From the NCBI RefSeq assembly GCF_030144855.1, contig NC_082712.1, positions 9,982,001 through 10,046,000 of the forward strand: a DNA stretch of 64,000 nucleotides. The letters are read 5' to 3'. Numbering within the stretch: the first letter of the stretch is position 1; every line of letters begins with the position of its first letter. The DNA is from Hypanus sabinus (Eukaryota). The position numbers and the translations under genes are program-made. The notes under the pieces were generated by a model that worked only from the letters and a program-made list of their open reading frames with translations, was not told the DNA's origin and did no database searches. Below are positions 12,482 to 24,498 of the stretch, piece by piece.

Positions 12482-12865
12482 ACTATTCGGTGAATGGTTG
12501 GTCAATGTCCGGTGCTGATGTGGTAACTGCGGTAGAAGGGTCCTCAGCTGTCCTGCCGTATACTTTCACCCACCCACCTACTGACCTCGCACTCACCGGC
12601 TCCGTGATCTGGTACAGGAAGGAATCAAATGATGATATTCTGTTGTTCAACTGCACATTTCCCGGAGCCGGTGGCTTTGCGTGCGATGAGGTGACACCGA
12701 AGGGTGGAGGAAGTCGGATTGTATTCGTGGGGAACATCAGTCAGAGGGACATATCGATAATGGTGGAACGTCTGAGCCGGGAGGACAGTGACTGGTATCG
12801 GTGCCGGGTGGAGCTTAATATCGGAAGGATTGAGACTCCGATTCCAACGGAGCTGTCTGTGAGAG
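12482..12865 (+). CDS. Exon 2: Siglec-type V-set Ig domain (V1)
   Basis: YSVNGWSMSGADVVTAVEGSSAVLPYTFTHP..VIW..FNCTFPGAGGFACDE..RIVFVGNISQRDISIMVERLSREDSDWYRCRVEL..TELSVR, comparable to human Siglec-15 WSM..AVLPCTFTHP..FRC(x8)C..YFCRVEF. Donor G|GTATGG, phase 1. The start is inferred by taking G12481 as the G of the acceptor AG. Confidence 0.92.
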
Positions 12866-14248
12866 GTATGGAGCCACGTCCGAAGGTTCGAGCTTCCCTA
12901 GTGGTCAGGGAACATGGGACCTATGGCTCAACTCTGACCAATAAATGTTGATCTGACCCGTGCGACGGTCAATTGCCTTTAATCCCTTCCCAGTGATTCC
13001 TGCTGGAAAGTGTGCACCTGGCACCGGGCGCAGTGTTGTGACGTTCTCTGCAGAAAAACACTGCAGCCAAATTATGCATTGCAATCTCCCATGATACTGG
13101 AATGGTCATGCGATTTGGTTTGGTAGAACACTTTGTTCTTTTCCAATATTTTTATTAGTTTCTGCATAGAAGAATACAGAGTGCAAGAAAGTGTATATAA
13201 AAGGTCAGAAAAGATTAAAAAAATCGACCAGTTGCATTATATCTGTTCATAATAACAATTACATTACCCCATATTCCTATAAGTTAATCAATTGTTGGAC
13301 TATACTAATTTATTACAAAAGAAAAAAGAGTTTAACTCCTATCACGACCGAAGCAGTTCATTAAGGAGAAAAGAAGGTAAATAGCTTCTCATATGCTAAA
13401 AATTAATAATAGCCAACATCTGAGTTTAAATAACGAATTGAAGGTTTTGAAAATAATTCGGAAAAGGTCCCCACAATGTTTCAAACTCTTGACGAAATTC
13501 AGAAGTTGAACAATGAATCCTCTCTAAATCTAAACATGGCGTAACGTCACATAACCATTGAACATGAGTAGGAGGAAAAACATCTTTCCATTTAAAGAAA
13601 AGCATCCTCCTAGCTGTAAGAGAGCTAAAGGCCAAGATATGTAAATCAGATACCTTCAACTTAATATCTTGTCCTGTAACAATACCAAATAGGGCCGTCA
13701 GAGGGTTAGGCTTAAAATTGACTTTAAAAAGTAAGGAGAAAGTTTGACAAACTTCCTTAAATATTTTTCAAGATTCCGCCAAGTCCAAAGCATGTGAATT
13801 AATGAAGCTTATCCATTATTACAGCTGTCACAGTAGGGAGATATATCTGAATAAAAACGAAATAGCTTATCCTTAGTCATATGAGCTCCATGTGCCACCT
13901 TAAATAGTATGAGGGAATGACGAGCTTAATGGCGATGACGTATTAACCAGTTTAAAATTTTCATTCCAAGTTTCCTCAGGTATTGATATCTGTAAATCTT
14001 GCTCCCAGAGATTCTTTATTTTGTCTAACGGAACATTCCCAGTCTCCAGTAACATACCATAAATCTTAGATTTTGAACCATTATAAAAAAGTGTCCGACT
14101 AAAAATTACGTGTAGTAAGTTCTTATCTGAGCTTATAGGGAATGAACATAACCGAGATTTTAAAAAGTCTCTAATTTGTAAATATCTAAAAAAGTGAGTT
14201 ATGGGTAAACTATATTTAGCTGACAATTGCTCAAATGATCAAAGGTGG

Positions 14249-17200
14249 TTCCCGGGTCCTGCTCAGTCCCTGAAGTTCCGCACTAATACTCTGCACCCTG
14301 GGTGTAGTTCCACTCCATAAGTCTTCCAGTCATACTGCTTCTTTGCTCTATTTTGCTCCCTCTGAGCTGTCTGTGATGCCAGCCTGTATGCCTCTTGCAT
14401 CCGCCTTCTGCACTTACTGGCATATTCGCTGTGAGAGGTGCTCTGATCACTTGGTGTCAGGCCAAACATAACGTCCACAGGTAGCCGGGGACATCTACCA
14501 TAGAGGAGGTAGTATGGGGCATATCCCGACGATTCACTGTATGTACGACCTTGGCCAAGGAGCTCTTCCAATCTGACTTGGCTTCCTCTGTCAAGTTTCT
14601 CAGCATGGAGAGGAGTGTTCGATTAAATCTCTCAACCTGACCGTTTCCAGCCGGCTGGTAAGGCATTGTGCAAGAGCCTTGGATGCCACAGTATTCTTCC
14701 AGCTTGGAAAACAGCTTCTTCTCAAACTCCTTGCCCTGATCATGATGCAACTTGGCCGGAAATCCAAATCTGAGCGCAAAGTCTCCAAAGATCTTTTCAG
14801 CGGCAGTTTTTGCTGACTTGTTGGTACATTTCGTACGCCTGGGCAAAGCGCGTAAAGTGATCAATGACAACCAGGATATACTCATATCCTCCTTTACAGC
14901 TTTCCAGATGCAGATAATCTATTAAAACGATCTCAAAAGGATATGTGGTTACTACATTAACCAGTGGTGCTCTAGTTGGCTTGTTCGGACGCTTCAGCTT
15001 CAGGCAGCTACACACCTTGGTCACATGATGGTCCACATCTCTTTGCATATGAGGCCAATAGAATCGATCACGGATCAGGCTGAGTGTCCGCTCCACTCCG
15101 AGGTGTCCCATCTCCTCATGCAGCTCCTTGTATATCAGCTGATGGAATGTTTTAGGTAACACTAGTTGATCTGGAACCGCTAACTTCCTGTGCAGAATGC
15201 CGTCTTTATTGAGAAAGAACTTGTTTCTCTCCCTTACCAGAACAGAGGTGTCATCACGCCGGTCTCCTCCCCGTTGATGAGGCCACTGTCCTGTCATGAC
15301 ATCCTCTCACACCTTGCCAATGACTGGATCATCCTTTTGTGCTTTCTTTAGGTTCTCAGTGGAGATTTCTGCAACTGTGGAAATTAGCCTTTCCTGCTCT
15401 CCATCAGTACGTGCTGCAGCGATGGTGGCTGGACACAACCAGGGCTCATGTTCATGTGATTCGAGTTGGAGAGCCTGTGTGACAATTGTTATTGTCTCTG
15501 GCTGCATTTCCTGTGAGCATGTGCGGATGTCCTGCTCCATATCAAGTGGCATCCGTGACAAGCCATCCGCGTCTCCATTAACTTTCCCAGGCCGGTACTT
15601 GATTGAGAAATTAAACTCCGCAATCCACCAGGGGTGTTGTGGCGTTCAGCTTCGCGGTGGTCAACACACAGCTTAAGGGATTATTATCGGTGTAGACAGT
15701 GAATGAGGACGCATAATATAGATACTCACGAAATCTTTCACAAATGGCCCACTTCATTGCTAAAAACTCTAACTTTACAGAATGGAGGTGGTAATTCTTT
15801 TGTGGTGCAGTTAGTGTTCTCGACCCATAACCTATGACGACCAGATTGCCTTGTTGTCTCTGGTACCGTAATGCACCCAGCACCTCTTGAGAGGCATCAC
15901 AATGCAACACAAACGGCTTCTCAAAGTCTGGATAGCCTAGGAGTGGTGCACGCAGCAAGTACTCTAACAGCTGGCAGAACACTTCCTGGTGTTTTTCGAT
16001 CCAGGTGATCGGTTGGCTTGAGGGTAGCTGGTCTGACTCATTACGTTTACCCTTACTCCTACTTTCACTTGATCCTTGGACCTTACTTCCTGGCGTCTTC
16101 TCGGTGGATAACAGATGGTACGGCGGCTTGGCAATATATGAAAAGTTTGGGATATATGGGCGGTAGTACGATAGGAACCCCAGCATTTTCCTCAGGTTTA
16201 CGGTCTTTGAGTGCTTGTACTGGTGCTATCCCAGCAGGATCCATGCAATAGCCACCTTTGGATACAATCTTTCCCAGGAATTTCACTTGGTCTTTAAACA
16301 CTTCACACTGTTTAGCTGTCAGTTTTACCCCATGTGCTTGATAGCGACGTAACAGCTCTCTCATATCCCGCAGATAGTCTTCAAAAGGCTGCCTGTGGAC
16401 AAGATTGTCATCCAAATACGGCTGACATGTTTCATCCTGCAAACCCATGAGGCACTCCTCCATACTGCGCTGGAACTCTGCTGGGGCAGAGGACAGGCCC
16501 AAGGGGATCCTTACCCACTCGTATAAGCCCCAAGGTGTTATAAAGGCTGTAGGTGGTCTGCTACTCTCCGCAAGGAAACCCTGATGGCACTCCTTGCCCT
16601 GATCCAGTACCGAGAGCCATACACTCCCACTTAGGCTGTTCAAGACATCTTGCATTCGAGGGATGGGGTGACGGTCCGGGATGGATTTTCAGTTCAGCTC
16701 ACGGTAATCCACGCACAGACGTAAACTCCCATCCTTCTTACGATCGCAGACTATTGGTGATGAGTATGGGGACCGGGAATTTTGAATCCATTCAGTAGGT
16801 CCTCCAAATACTGCTTCACCTCCATGTGGAGTGGTTTGAGTACAGAAGTGTAGGTGCGCCTTACAGGAGTTGTGTAGCTCTGTCTGGTTTTTAACAGCAG
16901 ATATCGAATGCATCCCAATCACTCTCATCTTTTGAAAATACAGCACTCTCTTCTTGCAGCATCTGTCTCACCTGTTCCTGCTGGTCTGGAGTCAGGTGAT
17001 CAACAGGCACTGGAGGGTCCCATGTCTCATGTTTGCATGTGTCCAGCTGTCTGTGTTTCTCTTTGTGATTCTCAGGAGCGCTGGCTGTGCTGGCAGTGTT
17101 TTCACTAGTGCTGGCTGTTTTTGCTGTGTTTACACTGGCATTGACTGGCCTTACATTCACTGGGTAGATAGCCCTAATTTGTTGTAGCTGTCCCAGCACT

Positions 17201-18390
17201 GTACGAGGGGTGAGAGTAATGTCGTGGTTGCCGTCATTAGTGACGGGGATAGCCACCCTAGACCAATTCCCCTTCTGCAGACAGATGATGGTATCAGTAA
17301 TGTTCAACCATTCTGGCCACTTTGGGATCTCATCAGGTTCAATAAGAACATCCTGTTTTGCGGAAAGGGGCCCTGTCCTCACAATGCACTTAACACCCCT
17401 GGTCTGACCCGCCGGAATCACTATCTTTAGTTTTCCAAATCTCACCACGCCCTCCTTGTCATCCTGGTCACCGCTCTGCACTATGTGAATCAACTCATTT
17501 GCCCTTTAGCAGTCAATGGAAAAGGCGTCTCTTACCGCAGCAGGTGTAGCTTCTGGATGCTCCCCGTTCCATTCATCACCAGCCGCTCAATTACATTGTA
17601 GCCGATGATTGATGGCTCTGCTACTCCTGGCTCATTAGAGACAAGCACCGGCACAAGCAGCTCTGGCTTTGGGCCCCTATTTGATCCCAACTTGAACTTC
17701 AGCTCAACCCATCCTGCAAAGGGGATGGGTGTCTGGTTTGCTGCTTTGCCCACAAGTCTCTCGTTCTCACCCAGGAGCTCATCCATGTTCCGTACCCCGA
17801 TTTGTAGAAAACAGGACTCTCTTCACTTTTCATTAATAATAGTGACCTGTGAGCCGGTATCCCATAGTGCTTGTGTTGCTACTCCCTCAACGGAACAATC
17901 CACCACGCACTTCTTCCCGATGAGAGCTGTCAGCTTGGCTTGATGACGTAAAGAAAGATGACTGGCGTAGGTAGTACCCACCATCTGTTGTTCAGCCTTC
18001 CCAATTTTCTCTAACTCCGCCTCCAGCTGCCTGATTCTCTCCCAAAGAAGCTCATGCACCTTGTCATCTGGTCCAGCAGGGCTCGGATCTGATGAGTCTG
18101 GGATGGTGACAGGCCGGATTGGCACATTGCTGTCAGATTTCCCTGCCAGCCTTCTTTGTCCTCTACAGCCTCTTGAGAGGTGCCCTGTCTGCCCACACTT
18201 GAAACAGTGTTCACACTGGTTACCTGTTCCCTGCTCCTGACATGCTTTACATCTAACACTCATTCTTACTTTGCCGGTGGGCCCCTAAGAGTTAGCTATG
18301 CTTTTCCTTATTTCAGCCATTTCTTCTCCCAGAAGCCTGACTGTTTCATAAAGCTCTGAGTCTCTTGAACTAACTACAACAGGTGCTTTA
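14249..18390 (-). mobile_element. LTR-less Ty3/Gypsy internal block: gag C-terminus (CCHC)-PR-RT-RH-IN
   Basis: [83 protein letters not shown]; frameshifted; both ends join L1 sequence directly. Confidence 0.93.
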
Positions 18391-19730
18391 AACAATCCTG
18401 CATGATGTATGATGAACATGGTAAAGAAAAAGAGTACTCCCTATCTAAAGGATGTAAGAAACACCAAATATCAACAATACCACGTTTCAATAAAATAGAT
18501 TGAATAAACAAAGCTGATTTGTTAAGAGACGCTGGTTTAGAAGATGATTGGTCTAGAATTGGGTCTAATCAGCAGTTACAATCTCCTCCCATCACCATAG
18601 AATAAAGACTCAGATATGGTAGAAACGAAAAAAAATGCTCAAAGAATACTGGATCATCTACTTTTGGGGCATACACATTGGCAAATACTATTAATTTATT
18701 ATCTAGTTTTCCTGAACCTATAACAAAACGTCCGGTAATATCAGACACTACTTTATGTTGGAGAAAGGAAAGTGTAATTTCTATAAGAATCGAAACTCCT
18801 CTAGATTTGGCCTGAAAAGACAAATGAAAACAAAGCCCATTCCAACGGCTAACAAAGTAGATGATCACATTTGTGTATGTGAGTTTCTTGTAAAAAAAAG
18901 TAACAGGGACCTTGAGTTTCCCAATATAAGCAAAAATCTTATTATGTTTGACAAGGTGATTTAACTCTTTCACGTTAAAACTGAGTAGGTTGATAGTTTG
19001 GTCCATTTTTAGAATAATTGAAAGGAAGCGTTACAATGTAAGTCTAAACCAATCCATATACATGGAGAAATGGTAACCAAGCAACAAGTTGGCTAAAAAC
19101 AATTCGAAAACAGCTTCTGAGATTAAAAAAAAGCTTCCCCTCGCCCACCTCCCAAAGAAAGAAAGTCGACCAATAGAAAGCCGACATTTACAACTATGGA
19201 CACCCCCCTCCCCAAAAACAAACCTGGTGAGTGCTCCAATTAGTTTCAGATTTTTTATATTCCAACCTAAACTTAACAACATCCAGACAAGAATTCAATT
19301 CTCGTATATCAAAAATACAGTATTAAAAATACAAAAGGAAATTGGTTACAAAGGTTTTACCAAAAGTAAAAGTTACCATTATTCATACAAAAAGACATTA
19401 AACATTTAATCTTATATCTTCATAAAAACATGATAAGTAGTTAGCTTTGAAATTAAAACAATCTTTATGCTTCAGCATTCCAATGAAACCGTTCGAAGAG
19501 TCCATCTTTAATGAGATTCTCAGTCAAACTCGGTAGCCAAGGGATGGGTTAACCCTTAATTAAAAAAAATTCCAACAAATCTTATTTAAACTTAGCACAT
19601 TCCTGCTTAACCTCAACCAAGTAGTCTTCGAGAATCTTAATAATCCACCTTATAACGTATCATGCCCTTTCGACTGGATTTGCGAATTAAAAGTTTCTCA
19701 TTTAATCTTGTGTTTTCATGTAAGGACAGA

Positions 19731-20507
19731 CTAAGCAGCTAGCCTTTGGATTTTAAAAACCTTTACGCTTCCGCAATCGACCGAAACCATTCGAAAGAAC
19801 CGTTTTAAAGCGTGATTCTGAGATGAGCTGGATAACGGTTTAAAACCCTTATTAAAAATCTCGGAAATAACTTCCTTGAATTTAGTATATTCCTGCATAA
19901 CCCCCAACGGGTTGTCTTCCACAATTCTAATCTTGCCGCCACGATAGTCAATCATGCCTCTCCGATTAGATTTGCTTATTAACAAATCCGTTGTTTTAAA
20001 TTCATGAAAGCAAATTATTACGGATCCTGGTTTATCTCTGTTTGGAGATCGAAACACGGGAGACCTGTGAACTCGATCAATCATAGGCAAAGAAGCCAAA
20101 ATTTCCAAAAATAATTCTTGCAGAAAGTTTACAAAGAATTCCATAGGATTATTACCTTCGATTAACTCTTCAAGACCCAGAACCCGTAGGTTGTTCCTTC
20201 TACTTCTACTTTCTATGTTGATAATCTTCTGTCTTAACTTTTCGTTGGACTTCGATTGCTTTTCACAAAGCTTTTGCAATTCAACCACTTCCGTTTCCGG
20301 AGACGACAACATTGCTTCATTAATTTTCATACGTTTGTCGTGTTTATTAAGAGTTTGATGAATAGAATTCAATTTACCATCTATTTGTTTAAATTCAGAG
20401 ATGAATTGTTGAAACTTCTCAGAGTCTTCACGTGTATGACTTTGCAGCAAATCCGTAATAGAATCCAAAGAAGCAGGGGTACCTCTGCCACCCACTGATG
20501 TATCCAT
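19731..20507 (-). CDS. L1 ORF1p (coiled coil plus RRM), decayed C-terminus
   Basis: ESRSRRNNLRVLGLEE, IDRVHRS, VIICFH and KIRIVED motifs. Confidence 0.85.
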   Translation of the reverse strand: MDTSVGGRGTPASLDSITDLLQSHTREDSEKFQQFISEFKQIDGKLNSIHQTLNKHDKRMKINEAMLSSPETEVVELQKLCEKQSKSNEKLRQKIINIESRSRRNNLRVLGLEELIEGNNPMEFFVNFLQELFLEILASLPMIDRVHRSPVFRSPNRDKPGSVIICFHEFKTTDLLISKSNRRGMIDYRGGKIRIVEDNPLGVMQEYTKFKEVISEIFNKGFKPLSSSSQNHALKRFFRMVSVDCGSVKVFKIQRLAA

Positions 20508-21313
20508 AATGAAAAAATATCACACTTATAAAGGAGGTTTCAAGACAGGTTGGAAATAGTAAGATACTGTAATTAGAGTTGGAACAACGGGAGATTGCAG
20601 CTACTCCATCAGCCACCACCAGGAAACCTCAGTAGAGCACTCTGCAGGCCATTCTGGAGTTGTAGAGCGTTGAAATGAGCTCTTCAGGCTATCATGTTCA
20701 GCCTGACCCTTTTGCCCGTGTACTCTAAATCCATTTTAATCAACAATTCTCGTTCAACCCTTGCCATTCTCCTGCTAACTGCCTACCTGCAAGAAAAATC
20801 GCAATAAGATTGAAAGTGTGCAGAGAATATTTACAAAGATATTGCCAGGATATGAGAACTTGAGTTATGGGGAAAGCTGAGTATGTTAGGACTTTATTCT
20901 TTAGAGCTTAGGAGAACAAAGAGAGATTTGATTGAGGCATTTAAACTTAGGAGGCGTATAGATAGAGCAGATGGAAACAGGTTTTTTTTCCCATTGAGAT
21001 CGCGTGAGATTAGAGCAAGATATCATCGGTATTGAAGGAGATCATGAGGATGGACAACTTCATTCAGAGTGTGGTGGAGTGCGGAACAAGCTGCCAGCAA
21101 AAGTGATCGATGCGGGTTCGATTTCGACATTTAACTTTGGATAGGTACATGGATGGGAGGGGTGTGGTGGGGGCTATGGTCCATTGCGGGTCGATGGGAC
21201 TAGGCAGAATAATAGCTCAGCACAGGCAGGATCGGATGAAGGGCTTGTTTCTGTGCTTTAGTGCTCAATCTTCTCCATCAACCGCTGATGCAATCTGTCT
21301 GACCTCCCCTCAG

Positions 21314-21700
21314 TTCCCGGCGAGAGTGTTTCAGTGCTGAATGGAACTGAAGGAGCTTCGGCCGTGTTACCCTGTGTGTTCAGAAGGCCCCGGCATTACC
21401 CGATCCCGTACACGGTGACGTGGATGAGGAAGGATCCCTACCGACACATCGTCACCTTCAGGTACCAAGGAAGTGGATCGTGGGCAGCAGAGAACGGAGC
21501 GACTCGGTACGAGCTCGTCGGGGACCCAGAACTGGGAAATGCCACAACCAGGTTAAAGCAGCTGAGTGCGGAGGACAGTCACAACTACCTGTGTCTGGCC
21601 GAGTTCAGAAGATCTGTTTACTTTTTCTCCAGTTCCTACACAGTAAACGAACCAGTTTTTTTTTTGTCCCAGTATGAGACCCAACTGTGGATCAGACCAG
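21314..21700 (+). CDS. Exon 3: second Siglec-type V-set Ig domain (V2)
   Basis: Acceptor CTGACCTCCCCTCAG|, donor G|GTAAG; 387 nt, phase 1-1. Encodes VPGESVSVLNGTEGASAVLPCVF..VTWMRKDP..YELVGDPELGNATTRLKQLSAEDSHNYLCLAEF..TQLWIRP. Confidence 0.93.
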
Positions 21701-24086
21701 GTAAGAAACTATTGCGGCATTCCGCAGTGTACAGGGAGTGTGTGGAGTGCAGAGGGGAGCAGGAACGGGAAACCCCATTTCAGCGCTTTCACGTCAGAGA
21801 TGCGACGTGGAGGGGGAGGGGGAACGGCGGAGTTTTGGCGGCCACTCGGAGTACCGAGGGAGTACAGCAGTGTCCGACAGTTTTTAAGCCAAGATCTAGA
21901 CTTGCCCCTCTAGTGGCCGTTAAATAGCTCGGAGAACCCTTTTTTCAATACGGGTCCTCATCATGAGTTCAAGGTTAAGCTTAGTGTAATTCAACCATGC
22001 ACATGTATACACAAAATATCGTTCCTCTTGAACCAAGGTACAAAACACAGTACATACAGGTGCATACAGCATAAAGTAATATTAACGCAAGTCATTAAGT
22101 GTCATAGCCTGAAGGTGAGGTCATGCACTTGATGTTGACCAGTGCTGGTTGCTGAAGCTGGAGTTTGGGATAATTATCATGTCAAAAACAGTGGCTTCAT
22201 TCATGTACTGTACTTGTTTGCAATGCTCTTGTTGATGACCTAATGCGAGCAGGGATGTCATCTTTGAAGGTCTAGACGAAGAACAGAGTCCTTTTGATAG
22301 CAGACTTTTCTCAGAGTTCGACATATCAACTATAATGCAGCAGGCTGAAGTTGTTCCAAAATACGTATAACTGATGTTAAGGCTGTCCATTCTGTGTAAA
22401 AATATACAGTGGCAAGGTGCAGTTTCACCAGATCACAGAGACAATTTAGCAGTAAGACATACATTCATGCTCATGATTACATATGATCAGTTATTGTATC
22501 TTGCATTCATTTGGGTCTCCTAATCTTTTCTTCAAACCCTCCATAGTCTTGGTCGTTTTCAAAATGAAAGAAATATTGGAGGTAATGGCAATATTAGTCT
22601 ACGTGTTTTGTGTGAGTTCTATGTACTGTGTTATGCACCTTGGTCTGGAAAAAGGTGTTTCGTTTTGCTGTATATATGTGTATGGTTGAATGACAATAAA
22701 CTTGAACTTGATAACTATCAGGGATTAAGAACTGCCAAACCAAACGGGAATAAATGGATATCTGCCTGGCTTTAGATAATAGAACATACAGCATAGACCA
22801 CTAGAGTACCTGAATAGGTCATTCGGCTCACAATGGCGCCTCGAACCAATTAAATTAGTGATCAATTGGCCAACTAAACTACAGAATTCCCTCTGCCTAC
22901 AAAATGACAATTTCCTTCGATTTTCCTCACGTCCATGTGACTAATCTAAACGTCTCTTAAAGATCCCTAATGTACCTGCCTTTATCACCACCCCTACAAC
23001 TCATTCCAAGCACTGTGTAAAAATACTTGCCCCTTACATCTCCACTGAATACTCCCCCTCTCACCTTAAATGCCTCTGGTATTAGAGATTTCAACCCTGG
23101 GTAAAAGACACTATCAACTCTTTATATTCCTCAGTTTTCGGACCATGACTATTGAAATAACACATACAACAGTGATTGGGTCCAGTTACTCTCCGTCTGT
23201 ATAATCGATTTTAACGAGGAAATCAATGTCATTATTCGAAGTTTGTTGATGAGTAGAAATTGTAAAGTCTGTGAAAAGTCGATCGAGGTTAACGTGGATC
23301 TGTTACAAACACAGTGTGGAAACACTCCTTTTCTTCTTAAGCCCATCAAACTATCCTAAGCCCAAAGGAGCATGGGCTGCCGTGAGCAGCTTGCCAGAGT
23401 GTTCTGTCTTGGACTAATAGAAGGTTGATCGGCCCTGTGGCTTCCGATTTCATCACACGACCTCATATCACAGGGACGCGGACTTTGGAGCTTCTGTTGA
23501 CGTTCGTGTAGCTTTGAGTTATTACAGGATAGGTTTGTTATCCCCATGCCCAACCTTCCTCCTTTCACAGCCGGACTTGGGACCGTCGATGGTGGATATG
23601 CTTGAGATCATGACAGATTAAATGCATGTCAAAATATTAGGTTATCCACATAGGAAAAATCGGTAAAACAAGATATTTGGCTAGTGCAATTATTCAGATG
23701 GACATGAGTGGAAACTTACAGTGATTGTCAAGTGATAACATGCAATACAGTGTTGTTCCTTGTCGGCAAAGACACCGAAGGTCTGACTTGTCAATATGAT
23801 CACTACAAGATTAGATTTATTTATCAAGTGTACATTGAAACGCCAAAATATACAGTAAAATACGCTAGGGATGTACTAGGACAGCCCATAAACGTCGCCA
23901 CGCTCTGGCGTCGACGTGTAGTGCAGGAAGAAATTGAAACACCAAGAGGAAGGTTACACGGTCACAGTGAGAAGAACAAATGCCACTGGGAATCCAGATC
24001 CACCATCTCCATCTCTAATCTGAACTCTCTTTCGGTAATTGCTGGCTCTGTAAAGCGATTGCGCTAACTGGAAATTTACCGCTACA

Positions 24087-24277
24087 NNNNNNNNNNNNNN
24101 NNNNNNNNNNNNNNNNNNNNNNNNNNNNNNNNNNNNNNNNNNNNNNNNNNNNNNNNNNNNNNNNNNNNNNNNNNNNNNNNNNNNNNNNNNNNNNNNNNNN
24201 NNNNNNNNNNNNNNNNNNNNNNNNNNNNNNNNNNNNNNNNNNNNNNNNNNNNNNNNNNNNNNNNNNNNNNNNNNNNN
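24087..24277. other. Assembly gap (191 N) in the intron between the V2 and TM exons
   Basis: N run. Confidence 1.
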
Positions 24278-24398
24278 CTTTAGAATAATGCCTCTAATTT
24301 ATCCATTCATTTCTACATCTACAGATGTCTTTCAGTCTACGGTTTTGGTCTCCACGCTTTAGAGGAGTGGGCTTTGACCTTTTTTACTTTCTCTTCAG

Positions 24399-24498
24399 CC
24401 CCGAAGGATTTCCCCGTTCTGATGTTGTGTATCCCACTCGGACTAAAAACCCTCGCCCTTTTCGTGACGGGCGTCGCTTTCTACATTGATAGACTCAG
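24399..24498 (+). CDS. Exon 4: transmembrane segment with an intramembrane Lys (DAP12-type)
   Basis: Acceptor TTTTTTACTTTCTCTTCAG|, donor AG|GTATGT; phase 1 in, phase 2 out. Encodes APKDFPVLMLCIPLGLKTLALFVTGVAFYIDRL; LGLKTLAL parallels Siglec-15 LGFKALLL; Lys codon at 24446-24448. Confidence 0.88.

Larger units (their letters stand above)
13132..20631 (-). mobile_element. L1 LINE in intron 2 with its central ORF2 replaced by a Gypsy block
   Basis: ORF1 at 19731..20507; EN start at 18393..19006 (LLSFNVK..RGVSILI..NVYAP..MGGD); ORF2 C-terminus at 13430..14243; T-rich tail at ~13132. Flanked by GTAGAACACT (13123-13132) and GTAGAGCACT (20632-20641), a probable 10-bp TSD with one mismatch. Confidence 0.88.

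Noticed and set aside
12112-12951. 279-aa ORF from the track as a single gene
   Set aside because: It runs through a microsatellite and N gap upstream, and through intron after the donor at 12866; only 12482-12865 is exon.
14249-18390. Domesticated Gypsy-derived host gene
   Set aside because: Multiple frameshifts and stops across PR, RT, RH and IN; no long intact ORF.
21701-21927. C-terminal extension of ORF 21334..21927
   Set aside because: Read-through past the strong GTAAG donor; no TM segment or domain features.
23925-24030. Peptide EEGYTVTVRRTNATGNPDP resembling the start of an Ig C2/I domain
   Set aside because: No Cys at the B-strand, a stop soon after, a weak acceptor and no Trp or YxC motif; probably chance, though a decayed exon cannot be excluded.
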